Part shown: positions 50,686 through 64,000 of the stretch, piece after piece | Layout: the number at the start of each line of letters is the position of its first letter | Position numbering within the stretch: position 1 is the first letter of the stretch | Assembly: GCA_964016885.1 (NCBI GenBank) | Contig: OZ024745.1 | Coordinates: 103,168,001-103,232,000 of the forward strand | Length of the DNA: 64,000 nt | Direction of reading: 5' to 3' | DNA from: Eledone cirrhosa | Taxonomy: Eukaryota | Translations under genes and position numbers: made by a program | Notes under the pieces: generated by a model | The model's input: the letters and a program-made list of their open reading frames with translations, nothing else | What the model was told of the DNA's origin: nothing | The model's database searches: none

Positions 50686-51635
50686 ATAGCCTGTTTATGT
50701 AATCAGAGCTGGTTTGTAGACAAGAAAAAGGTATGATGTGTTTAATGTAAATTAGCTGAAATTTCTCTTTTGAAGCATCATTTTCATTAGTCTATTCTTT
50801 TTACTATCATAATGGGGAGAATCTATTGAATCTATTATATTTAAATATAATAGTTAAAATATGATAGTTAAATATAAAAGTTAAAATTCAACAATAGAAT
50901 TATGTTTGATCTAAGAGAAGATAGAAGAAAATGTACAAGGCTCAAACATTCTCTTGCATTCTCTCCAGTCAATTGGTGAGTGATCAGCTGAAATTCTTGG
51001 GGGAAGTTAGAACTTTCCCAAGCCTATCGTCATTCTCACTGAATGTTGGAGACATTTTTTTCTGGTGACAGAAGGCAGGTTTTGAACATAGAACATAGAG
51101 ATCTGAAACATACATTTAAAGGCAAAGTTAATCTTCAAAAGTTAAATACAAGAACGCATTTAATCTGATATGCTAATGATGTAGCCAATTTGCCACCTTG
51201 TTTAATCTATCTTGTATTTATTTCTTAGTAATGAAAATAATGGTTTCTGATATAGGCACAAGGCCAGCAATTACCCAGTGCATTACTGGTACTTTTGAAA
51301 ATAATGGTTTCTGATATAGGCACAAGGTCAACAACTTTGGGGGAGTTGAAAGTCGATGAAATCACACTCAGTGTATTACTGGTACTTTATTTTATCAATT
51401 CAGTAAGAGATTCAGTTAAGATTGCAAGCAGGGAAAAGCAGATGTAAAATGATGATGATGATATGTGATTGAAATTCTATGGCTTCAATTAATAATGAAA
51501 GTCATAGAATTCCAATTACATATATACATTTCAATCTTAACCGAACCTCTTCAATGTGATGCCAAACTCAATATTATGAAGGTAGATACAAGTTGTAGAT
51601 ATAAATTATGCTACTTTTAGAAAGATAATTGATAA

Positions 51636-51672
<37 letters not shown>

Positions 51673-51799
51673 ATGCATGTGTGTGTGTGTATGGAGAATT
51701 CATTAGAAATTAGTTTTATTCAATGAGCCCTTCATTGTTTTCTTTCTTTTCTGGAACTATTTCTGAAGAATAAAGTTTTATTTATTTATATATTTATCA

Positions 51800-52146
51800 G
51801 GAGGCACATGGCTTAGTGGTTAGAGCATTGGCCTTGCAATCGAAAGGTTGTGAGTTCAATTCTCAGACAGGGTGATGTGTTGTTTCCTTGAGCAAGACAC
51901 TTTATTTCACATTGCTCCAGTTTACTCAGCTGTAGAAATGAGATGATAGGACTGGGGTCCCTATCAATCCACTGTAAAAGTGGTCGTGGAGGTGCCACGG
52001 CCAAAAAAGCACCCACCACTCACTGTAAATGAGGTTGGTGTTAGGAAGGGCATCCAGCTGTAGAAATCAAGCCAAAATCAGTTCCCGTCCCACCCTTGCA
52101 AGCAGGGAAAAAGTGGACATAAAATGAAATGAAATGATGATGATGA
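51800..52146 (+). mobile_element. tRNA-derived SINE with RTE-type tail
   Basis: Full-length copy of the 1336-1668 family, followed by another RTE-UTR-type tail to about 52355. Confidence 0.88.
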
Positions 52147-53619
52147 TCAGTGGTTATGTAGGTGTTATGACAACAAGCACCCAGCACACACTGTAAATGT
52201 GGTTGGTGTTAGGAAGGGCATCCAGCTGTAGAAATCAAGCCAGAAATGGTTCTGTATGAGGAAGACATGGTCACCTGACCCGATTTGCCTCAAAAGGAAT
52301 AATCCGTCTAACCAATGCTAGCGAGGAAAATGGATGTTAAACGATGATGATGATTTATTCATTTTCTCAGTTGTTTATCACATAAGTACAAGAATTTTAT
52401 GCCAGCATGATTTGACAGATCATATCTAAGGAATATCTTGACTTTTTATGATTGGATTTTTTAAGAGATTGTTTTTACAAGTTGTAAATATCTCTAACAT
52501 ATTTTTCAAAACCTGTATTATTCTCAGAAAACCCAAGAGCAATAAAATTATTTACACAAAAATATTCATATACATATCAACTCACATGTACACACATATC
52601 CTCACGCATGTCTACACCCAAACATCCACATACACATAAATCTGCACAAACCCATTCACACACATATACACACATCTAAACACATACACACACAAAGAAT
52701 CTAAAAGAAGAAAAGAACAAGACTTAGAACAAAGCTTTCAGCAATTTATATTGTTTTTTTTTTATTTAATTTTTTTTTTTTTTGTCATAATCTAGAAAAA
52801 CAATCCAGACTTGTGAAAGATTAGTATTTCACATTTAATACATGGCATTGGGCTGAAGTTACAGCTTAACTGTTTTGAGCGTTGATGGATTAGTTAAGAT
52901 TGACTAGTAATCTCACTACTGTATTAAATATGAAGATTAACAAATAAAGACGAACTATAAAATATTCACTATTGTTTGCAGTGGCTATTTTATTTTATTA
53001 TATTTCAAAAATATTTTTTTTTCATTGCCATTGTTTTCATTAATCGATATTGGCTTTTGCTCTTTTTGTTTCTAGATTAAACTTTTTGATACATTTGAAG
53101 AAACGTTTTATAACTCAGTCCTTAGCCTCAATCACCCTTTAATCCTTTCATTACCATGTTTCTAAATATATACATTACCTATGATTTTCTACTAATTCTG
53201 AAAATAAAGATTTGGGGGGAATTTGTAATATAGCTAACATTTCCATTATTAAGATGGAGTTTGAGACATAACTTAATACAAGTTCTTACATATATTATGA
53301 TGGAATGTTTTAAAACAAATGGCTTTCTATTATAGAACTAGGGGCAGTTTGGTATCAAAAGAACTTCTAATGGAGTTTTTAGATTGTTGCAGCGTCTTTT
53401 CCTTTCTAATGCATAATAACTGGTTAATGTTAATGAAGAATTAAAAGATTTTTTTTAGTCAGAAGGAAGGGCAGTTCCCATGACCCTCTTTATGGGACCT
53501 CCAAAACTGGAGGGTGGAAGGAGGAAGGAATCCTCAAACCAAATATCTGACATAAACCTTGAAAATGTGTGGAGTTTGCTAAAGTCTAGGTGGTGGTGTT
53601 AAACTGGGCAATAGATTAA

Positions 53620-53834
53620 TCATTTAGCATTACTCTATATTTACTATTGTATTTTTGTGGTAAAGGCTTTATCTCACATAATTACCTCACATAATATCGA
53701 ATCTATGATATTTTGATATTATTTATTTTGAGAACAATACCTTAACATCAGTATGAGTGGCTACTTATGGCTGGTTTAAACACAAAGAGGTGAGAGAATT
53801 GTAGATGGATACAGTTGGTTTAAATGCTAAAAGG
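53620..53834 (+). mobile_element. piggyBac-like MITE
   Basis: Copy of 3382-3602 with TTAA flanks. Confidence 0.78.
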
Positions 53835-54535
53835 TTAAGTCTACCACTTGTGTAGGCCACAATGTTATTTGAAATCAGAATACAAAGAACTGAAACAACT
53901 ACTGCAAGGTATCTTCTCGGTGTTATTTCGTTACACCATTTTAAGTTTAGGATTCATATTCACCAAGATGAAATTCTTCCCTGGATTGAAATAAGTACCA
54001 TTTGAATTTAGGTACTTGACTATATATATGTTTATACACACACACCCAGCATAACTAAATATTTTGTGTCAATACCAGAAATGTGTAATCCCTAATACTT
54101 AATATCACTAACTTCTATATGTAGTGTATATATGCATAAATTTAAGATCATGGCTATATATTGTGTGTTTCCATTTACTATTCCATTTACACCTATGGAG
54201 AGGCTTTCTCTTTATAATTCTAGATTCGTGAATACTTTTATTTCTTGATTCTTTATTATGTAAATTCTAGTTATTCTGGAGAGGAATTATTGTTGTCAAG
54301 ATTGGAATATCTATCAAGGGGCATCATGTTTTCTCTGCTGGTACTTGAGAGTAATATCAAAGCAATTTGCTTATTTCTGTCTTTGGGAATTAGCATGTCA
54401 CAAAGCATAAACATATTGTCACTTTCTGAAATATATTGTGGCGTTAGCTTATACCATCTTGTATTCTTTATGAATTCTATGATATTGTCAAAGTTTTTGG
54501 TGTATTACATGTTCACTTAAATTATATCAAGACAT

Positions 54536-54960
54536 TATCATCATCATCGTTATCATCATGTCCTCTTTTCCATGCTTACAGGGCTTGCACAGGTCCTTTT
54601 CTCCACAGCATCTCTCCACTTGTCATATTCCTTCATCCTCTCCTCTTTGAGTTTCAGCAATATGATGTTATCTCTCACCACCTCCTCCCAAGTCTTCCTT
54701 GGTTTTCCTCTATTGCAACTTCCATTCACTGGGATTTTATGACACTTCCTCACCCAGTGAATGTCCATACCAACACAGTATTCTCTCTTGTAGACTACTT
54801 CTGATTCATCTTATACCCAGTTTTTCTCTCCGTTAATCCAAGCTCTGTCATTTTTTCACATTAACATTGCACATCCATCAAAGCATGCTTGCTTCATTTC
54901 TCTCCAGCTTATGCATATCTCCTGAAATCATTGCCCACGTTTCTCTACCATGCAACATTA
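54536..54960 (-). mobile_element. Degenerate RTE 3' fragment
   Basis: RGKPRKTWEEVVR...WRDAV and (TCA)n at 54536. Confidence 0.8.
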
Positions 54961-55046
54961 TATTTCACATGCAGGTATCATAGAGTAACAGGACAAAAGT
55001 TTGTGTTGCATATAAATAGATTATTGACAGTGAAGAATTCTAGAAG

Positions 55047-55107
<61 letters not shown>

Positions 55108-56562
55108 GTTTATATATATATATACATGTTTATACACACACACACATATGTGTATGTGTATGTGTTGTATGAGTTGATCTGCCAAACCTGAAATGCGATG
55201 CCCTTCCCATCGCCAAGATCTAAATCTGGTCCTGCCTCAAGATTAATACTTTATACTATCAGCCTCTGAAAGGATGAAAGGCAAACCTAACCCCAGTAGA
55301 ATTTGAACTCAGTGCAGAGTGTCAGAATAAATACCAAAGCATTTAGTCTGACACTGTAATGACTCTGCCAATTTATTACTGGGATTGATAGAATTGGTCT
55401 AGACTGTTGTTGAAAGAGGTGCCCTAACATGGCCTGTCTAGTGGCCGAAGCCAGTAAAAGAATAAAAGATTAATGAAGAAAAAATGGAAAGTAGATTATG
55501 ATTGTCTATAGTCTATAAGGAGATTATTTTCCTGTCTCATAATCTTGGTCAGTTTTGGCTTTGGTTAATCAGACTGATGTTATAGAGCTAGCTTGTCGGC
55601 TAAATTCTTAAATGCCCAACCATTAATTGAAAGGAAAGAAAAATTACTACACCGCATATATTTTACATTTCTATTGCTTGTTGTTATTGATTGCTTTTGT
55701 ATTGATCCTGAAGAGAATCAAAGGCTTAGTCAAGTTCAGCTGGATTCATGACAATTGTAGTTGTTTAACCCACAAATCAATCCTGATTGAGAATATCTTG
55801 TTTTTTAACCCATAAATCAATACTGATTGAGCATACCTATGATCAATGACATTCCAATCATGACTGATTGTCATAGTTCAATAAATTTTATCATGTCTGC
55901 TCAATCGGAGTGACTTGGGTTTAAACAACAGCATCAATCTCTTTTATTCTTTTATTTTACAGTGAATTCAAGAAATTAAATGTGTTAACCTTAACTTAGC
56001 TATTGATTTCTATGTGGATGGTGCCTATGAGTAATTAACCTCAGTGATTTGATATGAGAAATATGTTAATATTTCACACATTATGATGTACTATATTACT
56101 TTAAGTAGTTGGAAAAGTCATCAATAATAACAACAAAAGTTTGGGTTCTGATGCCAGTAGCTCTAGTGAGTTTTGTCTCAACTATTTTTCATACACACTA
56201 GATTTATTTTTCAGGTTCTTTAAATCTGCCTATTTGCTGGAGATCTAGGTGAACTACCAATTTTATATTAAGTAAATGACAATCTTGTCACAAAAGCACA
56301 AATATGATCACTGTATATATCAGAGAAACAGTCTGGTGCCATGCCCTCTCTAGTTTTGGACAATGCACAGTTAAAACCCTGAAAGGTATTATAAAGTCTA
56401 GGTTTCACAATCTATGAGTTCACATGGCATTTGCACATAGTGGCAAAAACTGCATCACAAGGGTCAGAAAATATATCAATTCTACAAAGCTCAACTGTAA
56501 ATAACAATGGAATTTTATTTTCATAACTGAGGCAGGATTGTTGCTGTTACATATACAAACAT

Positions 56563-56886
56563 TCATCATCATCATCATCATATGTCCGCTTTTCCCTGCT
56601 TGCAAGGGTGGGATGGGAACTGACTCTGGCTTGATTTCTACAGTTGGATGCCCTTCCTAACACCAACCTCATTTACAATAAGTGCTGGGTGCTTTTTTTC
56701 CGTGGTGCCTACACGTCCACTTTACAGTGTGGGCTGGGTGCTTTTTTGCCGTGGCACCCCCACGACCACTTTGCAGTGGAATGATAGGGACCTCAGTCCT
56801 ATCATCTCATTTCTACAGCTGAGTAAACTGGAGCAATGTGAAATAAAGTGTCTTGCTCAAGGAAACAACACATCACCTGGTCCGAG
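56563..56886 (-). mobile_element. 5'-truncated SINE with RTE-type tail
   Basis: Matches 1336-1668 without the tRNA head. Has an extra internal repeat. Confidence 0.85.
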
Positions 56887-57537
56887 TAGAATATATAAAA
56901 ATAAATTCCATCCAGTTGATTTGTAAGGACTCACAATTACACTACATATACACTTTCCTTTTACCCCAAATGCCTCATAATCTTCAAACCCTACTGCAAG
57001 ATTGCAGAACTGTCTAGTTACCATCTCTATCAGGCCCACCCAATATATCCAGTTTCTCCTCTTCTCATTACTTATACAGTTTCTTAATCCCTGGGTCCTC
57101 TCACAACACTAACTCCCAAGCCTTCTTCTTCAAAATGGTAGTCCTCGAATTCCCTTCCAATTCATGTCTTTCCTGCAGATGTTCAGATTGAGCATTGTAG
57201 TACTAATGGAAAAGGAGGAAGAAACCATAACTCATGGGTTATCTTTAGCACATAGGTCCTCTAAAAGCATTTATGTGCCAAGTAGCGAGTGTGAAACTGG
57301 GTGCTGGTTACATTGCTAATGAAACAGAACAGTTGATATGACAACAATTTGTTTGTTATGAAAAGTAAATAGAAATAAATATATAAAAGACTTTCATTGT
57401 TAATTATTTTGCTTTATAAAGTTATATTGAATTGTTTATTCCTGCTGATAATTTTTTGATAACTGGCTACTTAAAGCGAAATAAGGTAACCTAGTATTTT
57501 AATCACTGGCCTTTATCACCAGGTAACAGATAACTGA

Positions 57538-57568
<31 letters not shown>

Positions 57569-57574
<6 letters not shown>

Positions 57575-58679
57575 TAAAATAACAGATTAAAGTTTAAGCA
57601 AATAATCGCTGCTTTCACCCTTAACGGGATCTTCTGAAACTAACAAAGTCAATCTGTGAATGCAGAATTGAATATTTCAAAAAACGTTGCAACCGGAGGA
57701 AGACAGGAAGACGATATTTTGGTTCGTGGAAACGTTCCCTGGCAAAGAACGGGAAAAAACGAATATAATACGAATATAATATTTACATGTAGGTATGTGT
57801 GTGCGCTTGTTATATACGTATTTATTTATTTATATACGTTTATTTAATTATATGTATACACGCACACACACACACATATATATATATTTTTTTTAATATA
57901 TATATTTTTATGTGTACTTGGTGTATACATTCGTATGCGTGCGGGTACAGGTGTTGCGTGGGTTCTGTAAGTGCGTGTGGTTTTTTTTTTTTGGGGGGGG
58001 GTTATGTACGTGTGTGTATTTGTATACCTATGGCGAGTGTTTTCTCGTATGCTTGTGTATGTACGTATATGGATGCTTGTATGTATTTATTTAATTTCAA
58101 TTACCTCTGTATTTTATTTACTTTATTCTTAACTCTGAAGCCGAGAATCATTCGGTTTCCTAGTTAGAATTCTTGTCTACGACTTCAGTTATACCATTTA
58201 TGTGGTTTTGTCTTTGAGTGCAATTGTTCTCCCCGCTCCACATATGACGTATTTTCTTCGTTTTTTCCGTTCATTGCCAGAGAACGTCTCTATGAACCAC
58301 CTAAGAGAATATTAGTCTACGACTTCTTTTATACCATAAACGTGGTTTTGTCTTTGCGTGTAATTGTTTTTCACCGCTCCAAATAGTAACGTATAATATT
58401 CGTTTTTTTCCCGTTCTTTGCCAGGGAACGTTTCCACGAACCAAAGTATCGTCTTCCTGTCTTCCTCCGGTTGCAACGTTTTTTGAAATATTCACTTCTG
58501 CATTCACAGATTGACTTTGTTAGTTTCAGAAGATCCCGTTAAGGGTGAAAGCAGCGATTCTTTGCTTAAACTTTAATCTGTTATTTTAATAAATATTTGC
58601 TCTATGGTTCTTATATATTTGATATATATTTATCCTGATCGAGCCCTCTTTTGATTTTAGTCTTCAAATTTATTATTAT

Positions 58680-58683
<4 letters not shown>
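57569..58683 (+). mobile_element. Family C Penelope-like element with inverted 5' repeat
   Basis: 57569-57772 is inverted against 58390-58595. TG-rich middle, tandem duplication of about 140 bp (58173-58443), (TA)n at both ends. Confidence 0.8.
58506..58581 (+). ncRNA. Hammerhead-like motif with CAGAAGA core
   Basis: ACAGATTGA..AGTTT-CAGAAGA-tCCC(gttaa)GGGt-GAAA-GCA(gcgattctt)TGC-T-T-AAACT-TTAATCTGT. Inverted copy at 57582-57657. Confidence 0.6.
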
Positions 58684-58726
<43 letters not shown>

Positions 58727-58727
<1 letters not shown>

Positions 58728-60031
58728 GAGGTGGTATCAAAAGGTTTCCGAACTAGTTCTGTAGTGCGCAAACAGATGGTAACACACAGTTGTGCACGCA
58801 GTGAGAGCTAGCAGTGACCTTCATACACCAGTTTGCCAAGTCACATCATTGTGTTCACTTCACAAGTTGTGAAATTTGTGTTTTTGTGATCATGTGTATG
58901 CTGTAGCCTGCAATGTTATCATGAACAGGATGTTAGAACAAAGAGCCAATGTGAAAGTTTGCATTTATCTTGCAAAGTCTGCTACAGAGACATTGAGCAT
59001 ACTTCAGCAAGCTTACGGTGACAAGGCAATGGAGAGTATGTAATGTTTCAAGTGGCACAGATACTTTAAAAGTGGAAGAGCATCCCTGGAAGATGACGAA
59101 TGATCTGGAAGATCTGCCACAAACGTCATCCCTTGAAATGCAAAGAAAATTGTGAATGAGGATCGCTGGAGGACAATCAACGATATTGCTGATGTTGGTC
59201 TGTCATATAGGTCTGTCCAGGCAATCCTAACGTCTGAGTTGAACATGTGGTGGATCATTGCCAAATTTTCCCCGCCTGCTGACAATTAAGCAGAAAGAAC
59301 ATTGTGTTGAAGTCTGCCAAGATCTCCGTCAGCTTGCCCCAGATGACCCATGCTTCATGTCAAGGATTATCTCTGGTGATGAGAGTTGGGTTTATGGGTA
59401 TGACCCTGAGACGAAACAGCACACAACACAGTGGAAAAGCCCTTCATCTCCATGACCGAAGAAGACCCGAAAGTGCCACAACTCAAACAAGAGCATGTTC
59501 ATTGTACTTTTCAACATCCACGGTATTGTGCATTGAGAATTTGTCCCCCAGGGTCAGACTATCAATGGAGAGTGCAACTGCAACGCTTTGAGACATTTGA
59601 AGAGGGACATTTGGCAAAAGCAACCGGATCTGTGGAGCACAAAGAATTAGATTCTTCACAACGATAAGGTACTCTGTCAACAAGCTCTCCTCACACATGA
59701 ATTTCTCACCAAAACCAACATAGTATCACTTCTGTATCTACCCTGTTTGCCAGATTTAACATCTGCAGACTTCCATCTCTTCTCCAAGCTGAAAATGTAG
59801 CTCAGACGTTGCCATTTTAACACTGTTGCCGAAATCCAGAGCGAATCGCAGAAGGTCCTTGAGTCGCTATGGAAACGACTTCCAAGCGGGATTCCAAAAG
59901 GGGCAGGATCGCTAGAACCATTGTATTGCTGTGCAAGGTGACTATTTTGAAGAAGATGATGTTAAAACTTAGGTAAATACATTAGTTTTTTAAAACATAA
60001 CTAGTTGGGGAACATTTTTGATATCACCTCA
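58727..60031 (+). mobile_element. Full-length, inactivated mariner transposon (1305 bp)
   Basis: TIRs CGAGGTGGTATCAAAAGGTTTCCGAACTAGTT / AACTAGTTGGGGAACATTTTTGATATCACCTCA with TA flanks. Transposase from 58921 (EQRANVK, GDESWVYGYDPETK, LPDLTSADFHLF) has stops and frameshifts. Confidence 0.92.
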
Positions 60032-61952
60032 TATGTATATATATAAATGGAATAGAACGAAACGAAATTTCATTTCTCACTCTTAGTACGGCACTTAAAT
60101 GTAAGTATGTATGTATATACATACATACTTACATATATATATATATATATATAAAGACACAGCAACTTCTCTTCTGTACTCAATATAACCGTATGTATTC
60201 AGGATACAGATCCCTCGGCTTGTCTGGGAGGTCAGTGGCCCCACTTCAGTACTGTCTTGTTCTATGTAGACCTGTCCAACCCTTGCTAGCAAGAAAAGTG
60301 GACGTTAAATGATGATGATGATATACAAAGCACAAATAATTATGACTTCTTTTAGAAAGCTACTAGATCTTTCGTTGAAAATGAGATGAGCTATAGCTAA
60401 TTGAATTGTTGTGCAGTATTCCAGATGTACTGATGTCCAAAAGGAATACTGGACATGGTCAAACTACAGTAGGGTTTGTAGATTATGAGGTGTGGAACTA
60501 GATACACCATCACCATTTAACATATGAGCGAATCTGGAAATCTTTGTGGTTGTTCAACCTGCTAAATAGCATCAACCTCCCCCATCACATATTAGAAATA
60601 GAGGAATGTACTGGATAATTCAGTCTTTGATACAATAATTTCGAATTTAGGCATTAGGTCAGCAACTTGGAGAGAAGGGGAAGTTCCAGTGCTTGACTGA
60701 TACTTTATTTTATCGACCCTGGAAGCATGAAAGGCAAAAAAGACCTCAGTAATTTGAACTCAAAATATTAAGATCCAGAAGAAATAATTGTTTCTCCTTT
60801 TGGCACTAGGTCAGCAATTACCCCAGTACATTACTGGTGCTTTATTTTATCAAGCCCGTAAGGATGAAAGGAAAAGTTAACCTTAGCGTGATTTGAACTC
60901 AATGTAAAGAGCCACAAGAAATAATGCAAATCATGACTAATGTTTTAATGAATCTGCCAATATTCTTCAATATAATATGCAGGAAAAGAAGACAGGATAG
61001 ACATGGATAGAAAGTTAGTTGAATGATTAGATTAATCACAGAAAGCCATAGGAACTGAACATTAAAAATCCAGAACTATGGATTTGTTGATCCAAAATAT
61101 TCATTTAAGTAATTACTTATGCCCCTAGGTCAGCTTGGTCAGGCCTGACTTGGAGCTACAGAACAACAATAACTCTTCACACATTAGAAGCAATCACCAC
61201 ATTAACCTCTCTGGATACAACTCAACAACAAACAGGATTAAATGTACCCAAACCAATACATTTCATTCTACACTACAACATTTATGGCAAGCTATAGATA
61301 AAATGGTGTGAGGTTGATAATGATCCTGTTGTTTACTTATTTATTTCTGTCTCAAATTGCTGCTTATAATGTCTTGTGTCATTTTCATTGCAAATGTTTC
61401 AACCAGGCTTTAAAAACAGGCTGATGTTTTGGACACTCTCTTTGATTGAATTACTGAGGGCTACTCAAGAACAAGCATAGCAACATAAGCTATAAATAGA
61501 ATGACATTAAACTGTAATATAATAATATAAAAGTGATGTATTTCAGATGCACGGAATGAAAGACATAGGAAGTTTGTGATGTTACACTATTAAACTAAAT
61601 TAACACCCATATATAATCAACATTGTTATTCCCAAGAATAAAGACTACAAAATTTACTAATTTTTAAGAGTTCATACCTGAACTAAAGCTTTCTAGCATA
61701 CTTTTATATAAGAATATTTTAAGTTATGCTCCAAACATCAGTTTAATAATGGCAAACTTATTTTACGAAATCTCTTCAAATTCTTGAATATTGTCTTAAT
61801 GAATAGCAGCACATTGGTAGTGTACTTTAATTACAAGTATTATCACAAATGGGTTTATAAAACAGTGATGACAATAATTTACAAACATCAGTCACTATAC
61901 AGAACTATACAGAAAAATAGGTTCCACTCTTGCTTTTTAGATGAGTAGGTAA

Positions 61953-62347
61953 CCCTTTAGTATTTAAACAGCCCTATCTGGACAGAATTCTCTTACCTCT
62001 TTCTGTTCAAACCAGCCATAACTGGCTGCTCATACCTATGTTAAGGTATTGTTCTCAAAATAAATAATTGTTTCTACTTTTGGCACAAGGCCAGCAATTA
62101 TTCCAGTGCATTACTGGTACTTTTTTATCGACCTCCGTAAGGATGAAAGGCAAAGTTAACCTCGGTGCGATTTGAACTCAGACCGTAAAGGGACATAACT
62201 CTGTGCTGCAAAGTATGGCGTCCAACTCTCTACCGACACTGTCAATCCACCGCATCATCAAAATCTCATAGATTCAATATTGTGTGAGGTAAAGCCTTAA
62301 CCGTGAAAATACAATAATAAATATAGAGTAATGTAAATGCTAAAGGG
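61953..62347 (-). mobile_element. piggyBac-like MITE interrupted by a SINE (62064-62253)
   Basis: MITE halves match 19229-19449. The insert is a full 5615-family SINE. Confidence 0.82.
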
Positions 62348-62772
62348 TTAATATGTAAGACACTGCTATAAAAGCAAATGTTTCAGTATTTCATATATTA
62401 AATATAATGGCGAAAACTAAAATCTAGAGATAAGGCAGCATAGTATAAAGCCTTATATGATTTAAATTTATTTGTTCTTTTAGAAAGAGTTTAGTATAAA
62501 AAAAAAAAAGAAAAAAAAAGACATTAGCAGCCCAAAATCAATTTATAAAAATAGAAAAGGAAAGCCATCAGCACCAACTATATAGGTATGGGTGTTGCTA
62601 TAGTAATTGCAGCTACATGGATCCAACTTTGATGCCATTGCAGTGCGACACTTTGGATAAATATATTTTACAATAAATTAGGATTAATCAAGTGAATCGA
62701 ATATGGTAGATGGAAAATATCAATGTGTTTGTGTGTGTGTATGTATGTATGTATATGTATGTATGTGTATGA

Positions 62773-62812
<40 letters not shown>

Positions 62813-63394
62813 TCATCATCATCGATTAACATTTATCTTCCACGCTAGCATGGGTTAGACGAGTTTGTCCCAATTAGAGGCAAGTTGGGTGACTGTGTCT
62901 CACTCATATAGGAGAGTTTCTGCCTGGTTTTCTATGGCTGGATGTCCTTCCTAACGCCAACCACATTTACAGTGTGTGCTGGGTACTTTTTTTCGTGACA
63001 CCTACACACACACACATATATTTATATATATGGTAACTAGGGAAACTTGGGATGAAGTGATACAATCTGACCTTGCCCAGTTAAACCTCACAAAGGAAAT
63101 GACACAGGAATGAGATCTATGGTGCCATGTTGTACTGCAGAACCCCTCTCCACATGTGCATAAAGTGAAATGGAACAAACATGCAGGAGATATACCAGCT
63201 TGCAGCAATCTTTCTCACCCTCACCCCACCTTAATACCCCAATCACACCTAAATATCCTCCTTGGTGTCAAACTCACTAACATGCCCCCCGCACTCCCCC
63301 GTTCTGATATACCTCACCTGTCCAGCTATCAATGCTGGATAAGCTTGACATCTGACCTCCCACAATGCTGTGCCACAACAAAAGCATTCAGTCC

Positions 63395-63757
63395 ATCCTG
63401 TAAGATGTTTGTGATGGTGACACTGTAAGGTGGATGTGTTGGTGACATGACAAAAAGAGCCCAATCCACACTATAAAGTGGTCATGTTGGTGGCATGATA
63501 AAAAGTCTACATTGTAAACTGATTGTGTAGGTGACATGACAAAAGTACCCAGTTCACCCTGTAAGGTGGTCATGGTGGTAGCATGATAAAAAGCACCCAG
63601 TCCACACGGTAATGTGGTTGGTATTAGGAAGGGCATCCAGCCATAGAAACCTAGCCAAAATACAGACATTGTCTTTGGAACTGACTCGTCTCATAATGTG
63701 ACAACCCATCCAACCCATGCAAGCATGGAAAATGGACATTAAATGATGATGGTTATG
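63395..63757 (+). mobile_element. RTE-UTR-type 3' end with tandem repeats of about 45 bp
   Basis: Repeated AAAAGCACCCAG..CACACTGTAA units, TTAGGAAGGGCATCCAGC, CCCATGCAAGCATGG and a (TGA)n tail. Confidence 0.7.
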
Positions 63758-64000
63758 ATATATATATAAATAGAAGTTGAATATTTATATTAAGTTTGAT
63801 TTCACTCTAGACTACCAGTGGTTTTGAGATGAAAACATCTGATTAACCAGGTGCATTTGTGAAATTTAAAAGATGGAGAATATAGTTTGATGCCATCTTA
63901 CTAAGAGTTTCCATTATTTGGTTCAGGTCATGTGGTGCTGTTGATAGTGTATGTCACATTCTAAACAAGCGCAGAAAGTCAGAATGAATACTGCCAAGCA

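Noticed and set aside
51800-51872. tRNA gene
   Set aside because: It is a tRNA-like SINE head continuing into a multi-copy SINE body, with no proper acceptor stem or Pol III terminator.

Overview
AT-rich eukaryotic repeat-dense DNA with no recognisable host gene. The SINE, RTE and microsatellite repertoire suggests a coleoid cephalopod (Octopus-like); this is inference. The only long intact ORF belongs to a 5'-truncated RTE-clade LINE (31594-34725), which encodes an AP-endonuclease remnant and an RT with an inserted PHD-like finger. The window also holds many truncated RTE copies with (TGA)n tails, several tRNA-derived SINE families, TTAA MITEs, hAT elements (one 2.7 kb with an 8-bp TSD), a mariner and a rosa-like transposase fossil, two CRE-clade non-LTR fragments and a probable copia gag fossil. 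The main signal the ORF track misses is about a dozen type-I hammerhead ribozyme motifs, from at least seven unrelated non-coding families. They lie in short elements embedded in (TA)n microsatellites, mostly as fold-back inverted repeats, and resemble Penelope pLTRs or retrozymes. They include a compensated U3-A8 core variant, a family-fixed CAGAAGA core, and a tandem pair 598 nt apart that could release a circular RNA. Inversion breakpoints cluster at ribozyme helix II. All structures were folded by eye and none has been tested for activity.
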